Source of the DNA: Lama guanicoe
Lineage: Eukaryota
Direction: 5' to 3'
DNA length: 64,000 bases
Assembly (NCBI GenBank): GCA_013239625.1
Contig: MU053557.1
Coordinates: forward strand, 6,025,842 to 6,089,841
The notes under the pieces were generated by a model. It was not told the origin of the DNA. It searched no databases and saw nothing but the letters and a program-made list of their open reading frames with translations. The translations under genes were made by a program, and so were the position numbers. Below are positions 41,171 through 53,270 of the stretch, piece after piece. Positions within the stretch are counted from its first letter, which is position 1. The number at the start of each line of letters is the position of its first letter.

Positions 41171-41634
41171 GTGGTACTTTTGCTGGACAAAACCCACAAC
41201 AAACAGAACCCACAGTGGCCTGATTGAAGAAAGTGCAACCAAGCTACAAGAAAAAGCAACTTGGGCAACAGAAGCAAGCCAGCCTAATTTGGCCAAACAA
41301 ACCTGGAGCAGGGGTAAAACAAGCCCTCCCCCTCCCCCTCCCCTTAATAACCCCTGTCCTCTTGCTGACCTTTGGGGTATGTATCTTAAACTGTCTGGTG
41401 TCTTTAGTCTCCAAAAGGTTAGCATCTATAAAACTTCAAATGGTGATTGCTCGGGGTTACAGTCAGGCCTGTTGACAATTAAACACGCCCAAAGGCAGCT
41501 AGGGAAAAGCTCTGCTTCTCTACTCCCAGTTATGATGATGCCCAAACTCAGCAGGAAGCAGTTACAGAAGACAGACCACCGCCTCTTGGCGCCCCTCAAG
41601 AATGACGGACAGGACAAAAGACAGAAGAGGGATT
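41171..41634 (+). mobile_element. Class I ERV env TM C-terminal remnant and polypurine tract
   Basis: HSGLIEESATKLQEK, then LPLITPVLLLTFGVCILNCLVSLVSKRLASIKLQMV (membrane anchor and cytoplasmic tail). PPT AGAAGAGGGA lies directly before the LTR. Confidence 0.8.
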
Positions 41635-42104
41635 TGTCACTGGCAAAGGCCACTGGGGTCCCCGGGAAAAGTAAGATGGAATCTACATGATAAGGTCTAA
41701 CCTCATCTTTAGCGCTTAGTCTTGTTTCACTTGCCTGTAGAGGGCTGCGTGCAGAGGCCTTGCACCTAACACGTCAGGTTAGAGTTCCCAATGCAGAACC
41801 GCTGTGCTCGGCACCCCAACTTGGCTGGGAGTGTGCAGAAACGCTTCTCAATTCCACCTCAGTTCAAAATGGCAGCAGCGCACCTGTGCAGAGATACCGG
41901 GCTCAGACACACCTGCGCCCACCGGGGAAAAATTTGCCCTCCTCCTGCAGGCAAATACCCTATAAAGCAGCCTGCTAGTGACATTTCAGGAGAGCACGTG
42001 ACCCACAGCGTGAGCTGGCACCTCTCTTTTGACAGAAGAATAAAGCTTTCATTTGCTTCTGAGGAGGACCCTTGTTGAGGCCCAATTTGAAAGGGTTGAT
42101 AACA
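41635..42104 (+). mobile_element. 3' LTR of the class I ERV
   Basis: Starts TGTCAC after the PPT, TATAAA at 41961, AATAAA at 42039, ends TGATAACA. Confidence 0.82.
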
Positions 42105-42449
42105 CATCTCCTTGATACTGAACTGCCACATGGAGGAAAACGTCTCGAAGCTTTTTCAGGTTTTTCTTTTTAAATATTACTCAGATGAGTTTGCTACTGG
42201 TCATTAACTTTGTGTAATCAGTATAAACTACTGTCTGTGTTCTTAGGAATTATCCCACTTGGTCACAGAATACTAACTTCAACCATTGTTAGCTTCAATT
42301 TGTAGGCATTTTACTGAAATCTCTGCGATATAGTCCCCTTTTCTGTCATAACTTTATACTCACAGGCCCACTCAGAGAAGTGGAAAGGGTGACGGCAAGA
42401 AACTCAAAAGGCCTTGAGCTCCAACTCAAACTCCAGAGTTAAGTCCCCA

Positions 42450-43100
42450 AATTTTTAGCCAAACGCGATCCAACGGGGAGAATTCTCCAAGCGAAGCAGG
42501 CCCGGACCCCACCGCTACGTTCGTGGCGCACGGAGCTTGCGCGTCAGCCGCTCACGGGCTTCGGCGGGGAAGGGGCTTGGCAGCGCTCCAATCAGGTAGA
42601 ATGCGCCGGGACTCCACCTCGCGCGCACCTGGCCTCTCGCTGCGCATGTGCAGCAGCGCGGCGCGGGCATTGTGGGAAATGTAGTTTGCAGTCGGAGGGA
42701 CCGCGCTAGGGCGAGCCTACCCCTGGCGGCTTCTTCTGCGCATGTGTGCCCCCCAACTCCTCAGGGCGGTGCCCCCAGACTGGGATGAGTCCGGAAAGTT
42801 TAAGCTCCTCACCTGTTTCGCCTTGGTGGGGACTGGAGGTGCGCCGTGGGAAGGAAGATGGCGGGGGTATGAGGGGGGAAAACAGTAGGGCGCAGCCAGA
42901 CTTTGGAGTATAGGCGTAGACCGAGGTGTGTCAAAAGCTGCAGTGGCCTTTCCCTACCCGAGTCCGTGAGCCCCGGATGGGCAGACTCCCTGGACTGCGT
43001 GCTTGCGGGTTCGGGGACCCGGCGCGGTGCGCGGGCGCTGCAGGTGTCATGGCCCGGAGCGCATCCAGCAGTATCCTGAGCGCGCAAGTGGCTGACATCT
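42450..43100 (+). promoter_or_regulatory. CpG island promoter of the second KRAB-ZNF locus
   Basis: Dense CpGs. ZNF143/THAP11-type motif (GCATTGTGGGAAATGTAGTT, 42667-42686), NRF1-like TGCGCATGTG at 42641 and 42737, YY1 core AAGATGGCGG at 42855 and CCAAT at ~42588. Confidence 0.85.
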
Positions 43101-43309
43101 CAGTGAGGAGCGCCCTACAAGGTGTGGAAAGAGAACCAAGCTTTACTGAAGGTCTGAAATGTTGTCCGTCGAGTGCTCCCTGCTTTTCCAAAGGTGTCTA
43201 ACTTTAACCCCACAGCAATTCTGAAAGTCAGTTTTTCAAACTGTGGGCTGAAACCCAGTATAGTAGTGAGTATGAGTGATGAAATCTCTTTAGTGAGTCA
43301 AGACTAGTA

Positions 43310-44230
43310 TTTTTATTTGCCAGTACTTTTTTAAAGTTGGGTTATAATTTACATAGAATGACTTGCACATAACTTACAGAGAATAAAAATGTAAAATTTG
43401 TTGTATACACCCTTTTGACTACCGTTCCATCAAAATACAGAACATTTTAATCCCCCAGAAAGTCCTGCCCTTTCCACAGTCCTTCTCGCCACATGCTCAA
43501 GAAACAACCAGTTTTCCAATTTCTATTTCTGTAGGTTAATTTTGCCTTTCTAGATCATATAAATGGAATACTATAGTATGTACACTTGTATGTGAGCCTT
43601 TAAAAAATGAAATAAAGTCTGTAAACTATCACATACCTATCCATGTGACAAGCATTGTTTTATGAAACTTGCTACTGCTACAAACGTATTTTTTCCAATG
43701 ACTACTGAGCATCTATGAGCCAAACACTGTCCCCTGGTGCTGGGGATACACCACCATTCAGACAAAATTCCCTGCCTTCATGAAATTTTAGTTTTAGCGA
43801 GTAGAGACAGTCAATAAACAATAAGCATAATAAATCAGTAAATTATATAGTATACTAGAAGGTAACGTGTTATACACAAAGAAAAAGTAGATCAGGATAA
43901 GGGAAATGGAGAAAGGGTTAAGTTTAAATTAGGTAGACAGGGAGACATCCTTGACATTTGAGCAAAGTCTTGATGACATAGTGGATGTCTGTGCCAGGCA
44001 GAGGGAACAGCTAGCATGGATGCATGCACATCACACACACACCCACAAACACCTACATTAACATTAGGTTGTTTTGTAAATATATTTGTTACATTAATTT
44101 TTTTAAAAAAAGATAAAAGTCACTGGTACAACACAGGTATTATTTCCAATTTTACTGAGGCTCAGAAGAGTGAAGTGACTTGCCCAAGGTCAAATAGCCA
44201 GCAGGTAAATTCAAGCCCAGATATTTGTCT
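43310..44230. mobile_element. L1 (antisense), L2 and MIR fragments
   Basis: aaatggaatactatagtatgt (L1); ctgagcatctatgagccaaacactg...ctgccttcatgaa (L2); actgaggctcagaagagtgaagtgacttgcccaaggtca (MIR). Confidence 0.65.
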
Positions 44231-45995
44231 CCAGATCACCTCCTCCTTACAGAGTGTCTCCCAACCTAAAGCACAGCATTTGACTGAACTCTGCGGCTCT
44301 TCAGCTTAAACCACAGGCACCTGCATCTCAGTTCCCCTGGGGAAGATTCCAGAGGGACTGTGGAATGAATCTCACCTTGTGGAAACTATATTTTCAAGTC
44401 TGTTGATGTTTCTGCCTAGTTCCTGTGTCCCACTGAGAACTTGTTACTGCTACACCCTACTTTCAGACTCCAGCCTGTCTCTGTTCCTATAGCCCTGCTC
44501 CGCAGAAGGCATGGCTAGAGAGTTAGAGAAGGGTGTGCATCAACTACCATTTACATTCCGATAAATATTTAGCAACATCATTTCTGATGACTGCAGATTT
44601 ATCTCTGGGGTATATATCTATTTGTTTAACCAGTTCCTTAATTTGTTTCAACTTTCAGTATGTGAAAAAGTACTACAACAGATATCCTGTATCTAAATTT
44701 TAGTGCAAATCTGTGGTTTTCTCTCAATGAATTCTAGAGGACCCAAGGGACATTCTCTCACAGAGTGGCTTCTTCAGCCCAACTGTCAAAGCACCTGTGT
44801 ATGGGTTTGTATGGGTACCTCTGTTGGGGGTTATTACACCAGTGATTCTGGAATCTTCAAGTCATACCTGGTCTCTCATGGCTCAGTCTCTCATCCTGTC
44901 TTTGTCTTCATAGATCTCTGCCTTCACCTAAGGGCTACAGAAAATGACAAAGTCCCAGGTAAGTTAGTTTTGCTATACAGGAAGAGTAATGCAGGATTGT
45001 AAAAAATGACCACATGACCTGAAATAGTGCAAAGCAATTGTGATAATCAATGAGATTTTCCCCATTGGTTACTACTATTCTGTCACCTTAAAATTTTTTT
45101 CAAAACGTTAAATTATCTCTTACTATTGGTTATACAAGTCTAGGGAAATGAAAAATAGTAAAGATAAATATTTAGTACACCATAATTTGAAACATTGAGA
45201 ATTGAAGTGTTTTATTCTTTGCTTAAAAGCTTATGGGAGCAGTCTGAACAGTGTCTTCTCATTCTATAACTTTTGATACTGAGTAAGCATTTTTTCTATG
45301 GCTTGGCATATTTGCAAATTGGATCAGCTTCCAATATTTTATCCTTTGTGTCTAAGACGACCAGTTCTGTACATGTAGTGGGTACTCAATAAATGTTTAA
45401 TGACTTACTAAATGAATGGGTAATTACTTTACAAGTATAAAGTATTTCAGATATGAGTTCTGTATCGCCCACAAAATGGAATATAAACTAGACAAATAGG
45501 CATCAAAGCTCAGTGCTAGAGAAACAGAGTGTGACCAGTTTAGTGTGATGTCACCCAAAATGAAATGGAGCTAAATTTCAGGAAGCATGACCAACTAATG
45601 AACATGCTTAGGAACAAGTTGCCATGCAATTTGTTTTACATTTTATGCAATATAGATCATTTTAGTTGGAATAAGAATGTGTTGTTACAGGGACCAGGAT
45701 CATTCCAGGTTATGGCTGTGGATTTCACCCAGGAGGAATGGCAGTACCTGGGCCCTCCCAAGAGGGATCTGTACAGGGATATGATGCTGGAGAACTGTAT
45801 CAACCTCATCTCAGTGGGTGAGGACATTTCCCAGTGTTGATTGGCATGTACCTGGCTGACTGCTATTCCTTTCTCAGTTGCCCCAAATTGCCAATCCTTT
45901 GAAACACTTTTAAAAGTGTGGCTCTGAGTCTCAGTAGACTAAGACTGACAGTCTCTTGACAGGCATGGCTACATGTTTGTTTAAAATCCTCTCTT

Positions 45996-46187
45996 TAGAG
46001 GGGAGGGTATAGCTCAGTGGTAGAGCACGTGCTTAGCGTGCACAAGGTCCTGGATTCAATCCCCAGTACCTCCATTAAAATAAATAATAATAAATAAATA
46101 AACCTAATTACCTCCCTTCCCCCCCTAAAAAAAAGCACAAGAAAAAAATAAAGTGTTAAAAATGTGAAAAACAAAAACAAACAAGCA
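45996..46187 (+). mobile_element. tRNA-derived SINE (vic-1-like) in the KRAB-A/B intron of the pseudogene
   Basis: GGGGAGGGTATAGCTCAGTGGTAGAGC...GGATTCAATCCCCAGTACCTCCA; TSD AAAATCCTCTCTT (45983) / AAAAACCTCTCTT (46188). Confidence 0.9.
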
Positions 46188-46734
46188 AAAAACCTCTCTT
46201 CAAAAACAAAAAAACAAAAACAAAAGAACTTCTTTTTAGGTACAAATGGGCACCTTTATCAGGCAATCCATGATGAAGTCAAGAGTTCAAAAGATCTGAA
46301 ACCCAGGCAGCTAGGTCCAAATCCCGTATCATTTTCCATTGACAGGTTATCAAACCACCAAGTCTGCTGTGATCCACAAGTTGGAACAAGGAGAACCATG
46401 GATGGTGGAGAGAGAAATCCCAAGTAAGAGATACCCAGGTGAGTTAGGTGAAAAATTGTGCAGATAGAAGTGAATGAAATGATGGTCACATCTGGTCAAT
46501 GAGGGCTGGCGTCTTTGAGAAACATACTTCAGACTCTCTTCTAAAGGCCTTGAACCTTTGGAAATAACTGGGAACAGTTAACATAAGTTAACACCATTTC
46601 TCTGTACCATCTTCCCATATTAATGTGCTTTTTTTGCAAGACTGTTAGAGACTTACATTTTCCCTTTTTGGTGTATTCTGCCTGTCATTCCTATCAACTT
46701 CATTAAGGATCTTGAGGAGATATTTTTCTCTTTT

Positions 46735-47020
46735 TTTAAATTGTGGCAAAATATAGATAACAAAATTTACCATTTTAACCATTTTTAAGTGTACAGTTTA
46801 GTAGTATTAAGTACATTTGTATTGTTGCAACCATCACCACCATCCATCTCCAGAAAACTCTGCATCACCACAGACTGAAACTCTGTACCCATTAAAAAAA
46901 TAACTCTCTGTTCTACCTTCCCCCAGGCACTTGTAACCAATATTCTACTTCCTATTACTATGCTTTGACTATTCTAGGTACCTCATATAAGTAGAATCAT
47001 ACAATATTTGTCCTCATGTC
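46735..47020 (-). mobile_element. L1 3' end fragment, antisense
   Basis: aaaatttaccattttaaccatttttaagtgtacagt...ctaggtacctcatataagtagaatcatacaatatttgtcc. Confidence 0.85.
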
Positions 47021-48319
47021 TTTTCCATATTTGGTAGGTAGAGAGCAGTTAAAAATCAGGATCAATGCAGTATTTGTGAACTATTACAGAATAAGATGGT
47101 ACACTCAGCAATCAGAATTCAGCAGTGAATCTAATTCTGAGTCAAGTAGTATTTGATTTATCCCATGGCCTGTTTTCCTCTCACTGGACATGAGTTCCTG
47201 GGCCCTCATACCCATACAGGAATGAATTACTATTATAAGGCTTTTTAAAGCACTGGCTACAAAAGTATTCCTGTTGGCAGCTGGAATTGATGGTTTCATA
47301 AAAATCAGTTTCATACTGATAGATAACTAGACAAGAGCTCCAAGACACTGGAAGCAGAGGCAAGTGAAGGTTAAATTACAGCAATCCAACAGTGAGTTGC
47401 TGAGACACTAGCTCACATCTCTCTGTTCCTCATCCAGTCCTTCCTTTATTTCCTCTAATCATCATTTTACCCTCGTCACTTTTAATTCTCCTAGATGGAC
47501 CTTCTCACTGAGCCAGTCGCAGCTGTTCTTCTTTGTTCCTTTTTACTACTCCTTGGCATTATTTCCATCTTTCTCCCCAGTTTGCAAAGTCTTGTTTGCA
47601 TATAGCCAGATATATTTATGCTCATCATCATATTATCTGGTTCTGTTTCTACTAGTACAATTTTTTTTTTTAATGTGGCTTTCCTGCTAAGCTCAGGGAT
47701 ATAGATTCCACTCAGCCTTGGTATTTCTTTTAGATATGGACATTTGCCCTCAAAGTAAAGCTTCAGGCTCACAGCAGAGCAAAAAGTCATGAGCCATACA
47801 TAATACATTAGCAGAAATATTCACCAACATATAGTTTATTATGCTTCATTCTAGAAGAAGTCTGGCAAGTTGACGACCGCATGGAGAGGCACCAAGAGAA
47901 CCAAGAAACACTTTTGAGGCGTGTTGTATTCACTGACCAGGAAACTGTGACTAAAGAAAAGGGTAACAAACAGTTGTAATGCACTTGAAAATAGATGTCA
48001 TCTGAGCACAAATTTTGTTTCTTCAAAACAAAGACTCCAGAGATATGACTCGTATTATGGTAAAAGTCTGAACTATTTAGACTTATTTAGTGGCAATAGA
48101 AAATACGCAAGAAAAAAATGAATGTAGTGAGTGTGGGAAAGCCTTCTTCCAGAAGTCAGACCTTATACATCAGAGAACTCATTCAGGAGAAAAGCCCTTT
48201 GTATGTACTGACTATGGAAAAGCTTTCAGCAGGAAATCAAATCTCATTATACATCTGAGCATCCATACCCAAGAGAAGCCTTACGAGTGTACTGAATGTA
48301 GAAAAGCTTTCTCCCATAA

Positions 48320-48454
<135 letters not shown>

Positions 48455-49519
48455 TAATGTGGGAGAGCCTTCAGCATGAAGTCGCACCTCTTTGTACATC
48501 AGAGGATACACACAGGAGAGAAGCCTTGCATACGTATCAAGTGTGAGAAAGCTTTCAGTGAAGTATCTGGCCTTATGAGACATAAGAAAATCCATACTGG
48601 GGAGAAACCTTATGAATGTAATGAATATAAAAAAGCCTTTTCTGAAAAGTCTGACCTCATTATACATCACAGAACTCACACAGGAGAAAAACGCTATGAA
48701 TGCGATCAGTGTGGGAAGGCCTTCCGACATAGCTTAGCCCTCTTGTCGCCATAAGAGGACTCACAAAGGAAGAGTTCCCTAAAAGAGAAACTAATGTGGG
48801 AATATGTTCAACTAAAAATTACAGTGACAGCCTTCACTAGGAATCAAACCTTATTAGATACCAAGATGTCCTAATAAGAAGACTCCTATTAATTCAACAT
48901 ATTTAGGAAAATGTATAGCTCTGTTTCTGTAGCAATCGTATTTCAGATGTGATGCCAAAGTATTTCTAGAAAACATTACAGAAAGTACACCTCCTTGTTA
49001 AATGATAAATGCTCACTGTGGATTACAAAGACTTTTGAAATATTAATAAGTGCACTAATCAGAACAGAATTGGAAAATCATATGTGGAAAATCTGCAAAA
49101 TATGAAGGCATTATATTCCCAGCTGTACTAAATTATGTTACGCACTTTACATAATCATATACATGTTGGAATTGCACATGTGAAGCTAACAATTGTGAAT
49201 GTAAAACAAGTATTATATGTAGAATGCTATCTATCAAGATTTTCCACATTAAATATGACTTTCTTCTTTTCCATGAATTGTATTCTAAATACTATACAAT
49301 TCTAAAGTGTAAAATGGACTTTTTTCCTGTTGCTTTTTGGTATATATAAAAGACTTCTGCTACTTCTTGTTCAGCGATAGAGCATGTAAAGGTGTTGTTA
49401 TTAACTAACGTATATAAGTAGGAGATAGATATTATATGAGAGTGAGCAAAAGAAAATGGCCATAGCCTCTTACAACACTCACTACAATTTAAATAGTTGT
49501 TTTTGGTGACTAAATTACC

Positions 49520-49950
49520 CCCTTCTTATATATTATTATTGTCCCCCCAAATCCATATGTTGAGGTCCTAACCCCCAGTCCCTCATAATGTAACTGTATT
49601 TGGAGATAGGGCTTTTAAAGTGTAATTAAGTTTAGAGGGGAGGGTATAGCTCAGTGGTGGAGTGCATGCTTAGCATGCATGAGGTCCTGGGTTCAATCCC
49701 CAGTACTTACTCTAAGAATAAATAAATAAGTAAACCCAGTTACCCCCCCCCATAAAAAAGAGTAATTAAATTTAAATGAGGCCGTTAGGTCTAATCCAAT
49801 CTGACTGCTGTCCTTATAAGGGATTAGGATACCAGTGATGCAGTTACACAGAGGGAGGCCTCAGAGGAAACCAGCCCTGCCTGCACCTTGATCTTGGACT
49901 TCCAACCTCCAGAACTGTGAGAAAATAAATTTCTGTTTTGTATGGCAACC
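49520..49950 (+). mobile_element. MLT1A/B-like LTR interrupted by a vic-1-like SINE (49635-49757)
   Basis: gtccccccaaaatccatatgttgaggtcctaacccccag...caccttgatcttggacttccaacctccagaactgtgagaaaataaatttctg. SINE TSD AAGTGTAATTAAGTTTA / AAGAGTAATTAAATTTA. Confidence 0.85.
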
Positions 49951-49959
49951 AAGTAAAAG

Positions 49960-52900
49960 GAAACGATGTTCATGAAAGTAACTCGTCAAATAGAGAATAC
50001 CAATACATAAGATTATTTGAAAGAACCAAATGAATTCTGGAGTTGAAAAGTGCAATACCTGAAATAAAGTTCACTGTAGGGATCAACAGTAGATTTAAGT
50101 TGGCAGAAGAATTAGTAAATTTGAAAATAAGATCATTAGAGATGATGGAATCTGAGAACAGAGAGAAAAAAAGATCGAAGAAAAATAAACTGACCAGACT
50201 TCTGGTTTCTTATCCAACACAGGAAAATCTTAGAACTTGCCACTCTCATCTTCAATATAAAAAAAAAAATCTGAACAAAGTGGAAATCAACAACTAATTC
50301 TTCTTGTTTCCTGCAGAGAATTTAGGTCACAGGACAAACTGCTTTCCCGAAAACTGGAGAGAAAGGCAAATAGGGAGAGGTTACTAGGAACAGAAGCTCA
50401 CCAGTGGAGCCAGTATCGGTAGGAACACTTAGATTGTAACTGATGAACTGCTGGAGACTCACGGTGAACTAGCGTGAGAGTTAAAAACTAGGGGTTCAGT
50501 CTTAGGGGCCCACCACACTTTCATGAATCCTACCTCCAGGAATCCTACCAGGTTCTTCTGGTGAAAATCAGGGAAAAATTCTGGCAGAGGGAGCAGTAAA
50601 GTAACCGTTTTGAAATATACCCAGAGCATTCTGTTCTTTTTAAGATAGGACTTGCAACAGAAGAAACTTTTAACCAGAACCTAAGGGAAGAAACTGTTTT
50701 AAGAAAGGGCTTGCCTCAAAAGAAACTGTTTTAACTTGAGGGAAGGAAAATAATGCAGTTCCACTCCTCTCTAGCCTTTTATGTACATGGAGGGAAAGAA
50801 ATATCCAACTCCAGCTCCCTTTAAACTTAGTGTCTTACCTGATGGGTGGGAGACGCTGAGAGCGCTTTTAAGCCCCAGCCCAGGAGCACAGCCTCACTAA
50901 GATTGGTACCTCATCAGAGGATTATAGGATGCTCCCCTCCCTCCACATCGTACCATCGCATCAGTCAGCCTGTATAAGCATAGCTAAGATAACTGCAAAG
51001 CTCAGATGCTCCTTGAGCGGGAGTTTCAAGAGAAAACTGAAGATAACAGAGGAGACAAAAATAAGGACACTGGAGGAAATTTTAGCCTCTTACAACTACA
51101 GCAAACATAAACCTTAGCCAAAGTCCTAGCAGGTAAACCTAAAATTAGTGTTGGAGAATTGGTACAGAAAAACCATATTTGGTGTCAGAAGTGGTGTCTG
51201 AAAAACAAAGAAAAAGACTGGACCCTCCAAAAGTTTAAGGAGACATGCCCCCTCAGACATACAAAAATTGAGGGACTTTGTTGCCAGTAGACCTGCCTTG
51301 CAAGAAATGTTAAAAGAGCTTCACAGAAAGAAGGAAAACAATCTAGGTCAGAAAATCAAAATAAAGGAAGGAAAAATAATAGTGAAAAATAATAATAAGG
51401 GAAGGAAGAGTGTTAGAAAAGGAATAAGTGAAGGCAAAATACAAGCTTTAATTTTTTTTGTAGCCTTAAGTGATCTAACTAATAAGTTTGTTCAAAAGAC
51501 TAATGGTAATATATTGGTTGATTATAGCCTATAATGCCAAGTGGAAGGAATGACAGTAATGTCATAGGGATCGGTGGGAGGAACTGTCTTTTAATCTGTG
51601 TCTTTATATTTCAGTGAGTTTCTTGTAGACAATATACACTGCTGGTAGGAATGTAAAATGATGCAGCCGATTTGGAAAACACTCAAATTCCTCAAATGAC
51701 TGAACACAGGGCTACCATAGAACCCAGCAACTCCACTCCTAGGTATACACCCAAGAGGAATGAAAATGTATGTCCATGCAAGACCTTGTACATAAATGCT
51801 CAAAGCACCACTATTCACAATAGGTAAAAGGTATAAACCACCCAAATGTCCACTAACTGAGGAATGAATAAGCAAAATGTGGTATATCTATATAATGGAA
51901 CATTATTCAGCCACAAAAAAGAATGAATTACACAGTACAACATAGATGAAACTTGAAAACGTTATGCTAAGTGAATTGAAGTCAGTCACAAAAGACCACA
52001 TATCGTATGATTCAAGTTATATGAAATGTCCAGAATACACAATTCTCTAGAGACAAGGGGTAGACTAGTGGCTGCTTAGGGCTAGAGGAGGGGGAGAGGA
52101 GATAGGGGGATGGTGGCTAAAGGAAAATGTTCTAATATTGACTGTGGTGATGGTTGCACATGTCTGTAAATATTCTGAAACCACTGAATTGTACACATTC
52201 AGTAGGTGAATTGTATGGTATGTGAACAGTATCTCTATAAATGTTTTTAAAAAGTGAATTGTTGGGCCTATATATACCTATATAGAGAGGTATAATATAT
52301 TTTACAGTGCAAAGGAGGGGAGAAACAGAGAAGTTCTAGGGGAATAAAGATGTGACATCAGATGGTAACTTGAAACCACAGAAAAAACTGAAGAGTGCCA
52401 GAAATGATCATTTTTTAACAAATTATGTATGTGTGTCCTTTCTTCTCTTAGTTTCTTCAAAAGACATAAAATTATATAAAGCAACAGTTACAACACTGTA
52501 CTTTGGATTTTAATGTTTAGAGACATTATATATATGACAATAATAGCACAAAGGTAGGCAGAATGAAGCAAGTTTTCTATATATCACCAGAATTAAATTC
52601 ATACTAATCTGAAGGAGATTATGATTAATTGAGAGAGACTGTCTAAACCCTAGAGCAACATAACAAATAGTTTAAAAATCAGTAGATACTCAGTCTTCAA
52701 GAATGGAGAGCATAACTTCTCAGTCCTTAAGTGTGTGCTATGCACAGTGACTCTAAAGTGAATAACGTGGAAAGAGAGGGTGGGAAAAGCAGCTTTACAG
52801 TGGAGAAACGCTGACAAACACTACCTCAGACGGAGGACCAACATCAATGTCAACACCGATAAGTCACGTTCATAGCATGAACCCTTGATATAATATGATG

Positions 52901-53270
52901 AAATGGTACTTTGCCTCTGTGGTCTCCCTCCCCAGAACACATAACTGCAGTCTAAGCATGAGAAAAACAACGGGACAATCCCAATAGGGGAGCATTTCAC
53001 AGAATACGTGACCGGGACTTCTCAAAACTGTTGAAATTATGAAAACAAGGAAAGCCAGAGAAACTGCTTCAGCCAAGAGGAGCCTAAGGAGACATGATGG
53101 CTAAAAATAATGTAGTATCCTGGATGGAATCCTGGAACCGAAAAAGGACATCAGATAAAAACTAAAGGAATCTGAATAAAGTATGGACTTTAGTTAATAA
53201 TGATGTATCACCACTGGTTCATTTATTGTAACAAATATAACACAGTAATATAATATGTTAATAGCAGGGA
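49960..53270 (+). mobile_element. Composite old L1 fragments (L1MB/MC/MD-like)
   Basis: ORF1-like (ttgccagtagacctgccttgcaagaaatgttaaaag), ORF2 end/3' UTR (cccagcaactccactcctaggtata) and L1MC-type 3' UTR (aaggaatctgaataaagtatggactttagttaataat). Confidence 0.8.

Noticed and set aside
41224..41475. Possible domesticated env (syncytin-like) gene
   Set aside because: Only a frameshifted TM tail remains; SU, fusion peptide, ISD and CX6CC are missing.
42809..43201. Overlapping ORFs in the CpG island
   Set aside because: Expected in GC-rich DNA; no recognisable protein features.
46000..46075. tRNA-like sequences (also 32314, 49637, 58085)
   Set aside because: SINE heads with A-rich tails and TSDs, not tRNA genes.
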